Below are positions 63,308 through 64,000 of a DNA stretch of 64,000 nucleotides, piece by piece; the stretch's first letter is position 1, and every line of letters begins with the position of its first letter. The notes beneath the pieces were generated by a model. That model made no database searches. It had not been told where the DNA came from and saw nothing but the letters and a program-made list of their open reading frames with translations. Made by a program: the position numbers and the translations under genes. Location of the stretch: the NCBI GenBank assembly GCA_023380935.1, contig JAMCST010000009.1:27760-91759 (forward strand), read 5' to 3'. Source of the DNA: Patescibacteria group bacterium (GTDB taxonomy: Bacteria; Patescibacteriota; Microgenomatia; UBA1406; GWC2-37-13).

Positions 63308-64000
63308 CTATACTAAGTTATAAATATTTTTCTTTTTTGTCAACCCGAAAAAGACACCTTTGATAAACAGTGCGCCGTAAGTTAGATGGGTTAAGAGTGC
63401 GATCGGAAGAAACAATAAGGGCGCGTCGATTGTTTTCGTCTGCATCATGGACCTAATCGTCAGAGCCAACCCGGTTAACCCATACAGCCCGATGGGGAGA
63501 AACAAAACGTAGACCATCACCGATTTTTTGACGAGCACAGGCGACCAATGAAGGGTCAAGGAGAGAAAAGACAAAAATACCAGCATTAAATATAAAACGA
63601 AAAAAGTAGGCAACCAGTAAGTCAGGCGCCGTGAATTCTTGTCGCCGTGGGCGAAAAACGCCCCGCGGTGAAAGCCGTAACCGCCGTGTTGTTTCAGATA
63701 GTCGCCCAGGTTATCTCTGCGGTGATGGTAGACGACGACGTCGGGATGATAAAGGATTTCTCCCCCCTTTTTATAAACGAGATCCTCGCACAGTTTGCTG
63801 TCTTCTCCCGGCCAATATTGGTTATTAAATCCGCCCAGCGCCTCAAACACTCCTTTTTTGATCAGGAAGTTCATCGAGGGATAATCGTCGACCAGGCGCC
63901 GTTTGCCTTTGGCAAACCGGTAGCGGTATCCCCCGCTGCCGAACGGACTCTGCAAAATCAGATCAAACGCCTTTTCCCAAAAACCGGCGCGCGCCGGGAT
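63308..64000 (-). CDS. GT2 glycosyltransferase with C-terminal TM helices (5' partial)
   Basis: Frame is open to the window edge. GGF...GEDSKL, VYHHRR, YGFHRG. Confidence 0.85.
   Translation of the reverse strand: MPARAGFWEKAFDLILQSPFGSGGYRYRFAKGKRRLVDDYPSMNFLIKKGVFEALGGFNNQYWPGEDSKLCEDLVYKKGGEILYHPDVVVYHHRRDNLGDYLKQHGGYGFHRGAFFAHGDKNSRRLTYWLPTFFVLYLMLVFLSFLSLTLHWSPVLVKKSVMVYVLFLPIGLYGLTGLALTIRSMMQTKTIDAPLLFLPIALLTHLTYGALFIKGVFFGLTKKKNIYNLV

Noticed and set aside
1..64000. Stop-codon reassignment (code 25)
   Set aside because: Many conserved genes end properly at TGA and are full length in code 11.

Overview
Bacterial chromosomal window that reads in genetic code 11 with TGA as a stop. The gene content, the apparently leaderless gene starts and the many GT-C enzymes suggest Patescibacteria/CPR, possibly Microgenomates (inference). 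Layout: (1) 1-7.3 kb is AT-rich accessory DNA with a MacB-like transporter, an IS200 element, and single genes (AAA_14 ATPase, Fic, then a SAM methyltransferase) separated by repeats that end in a tRNA-Gly-like 3' end and carry traces of a deleted integrase tail. This looks like a tandem array of tiny non-autonomous integrative cassettes. (2) 7.5-19 kb has small enzymes, zinc-ribbon membrane proteins, pseudogenes, a Zur-ZnuACB operon and greA. (3) 19.2-24.5 kb has an AT-rich micro-ORF plus RusA islet, a two-gene operon with three ATP-grasp domains, and an orphan degenerate histidine-kinase-like gene. (4) 24.5-64 kb is a very large surface-glycosylation locus: two flippases, about 7 GT-C membrane glycosyltransferases including a tandem triplication, GT2/GT4 enzymes, Gmd, a ColD-like dehydratase, Fcl, two ThDP-dependent two-subunit enzymes, methyltransferases, AsnB and a B12 radical SAM enzyme, with a HigBA-like TA pair inserted. 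No complete tRNA, rRNA or CRISPR array was seen. All functional calls come from motif recognition by eye; no searches were run.
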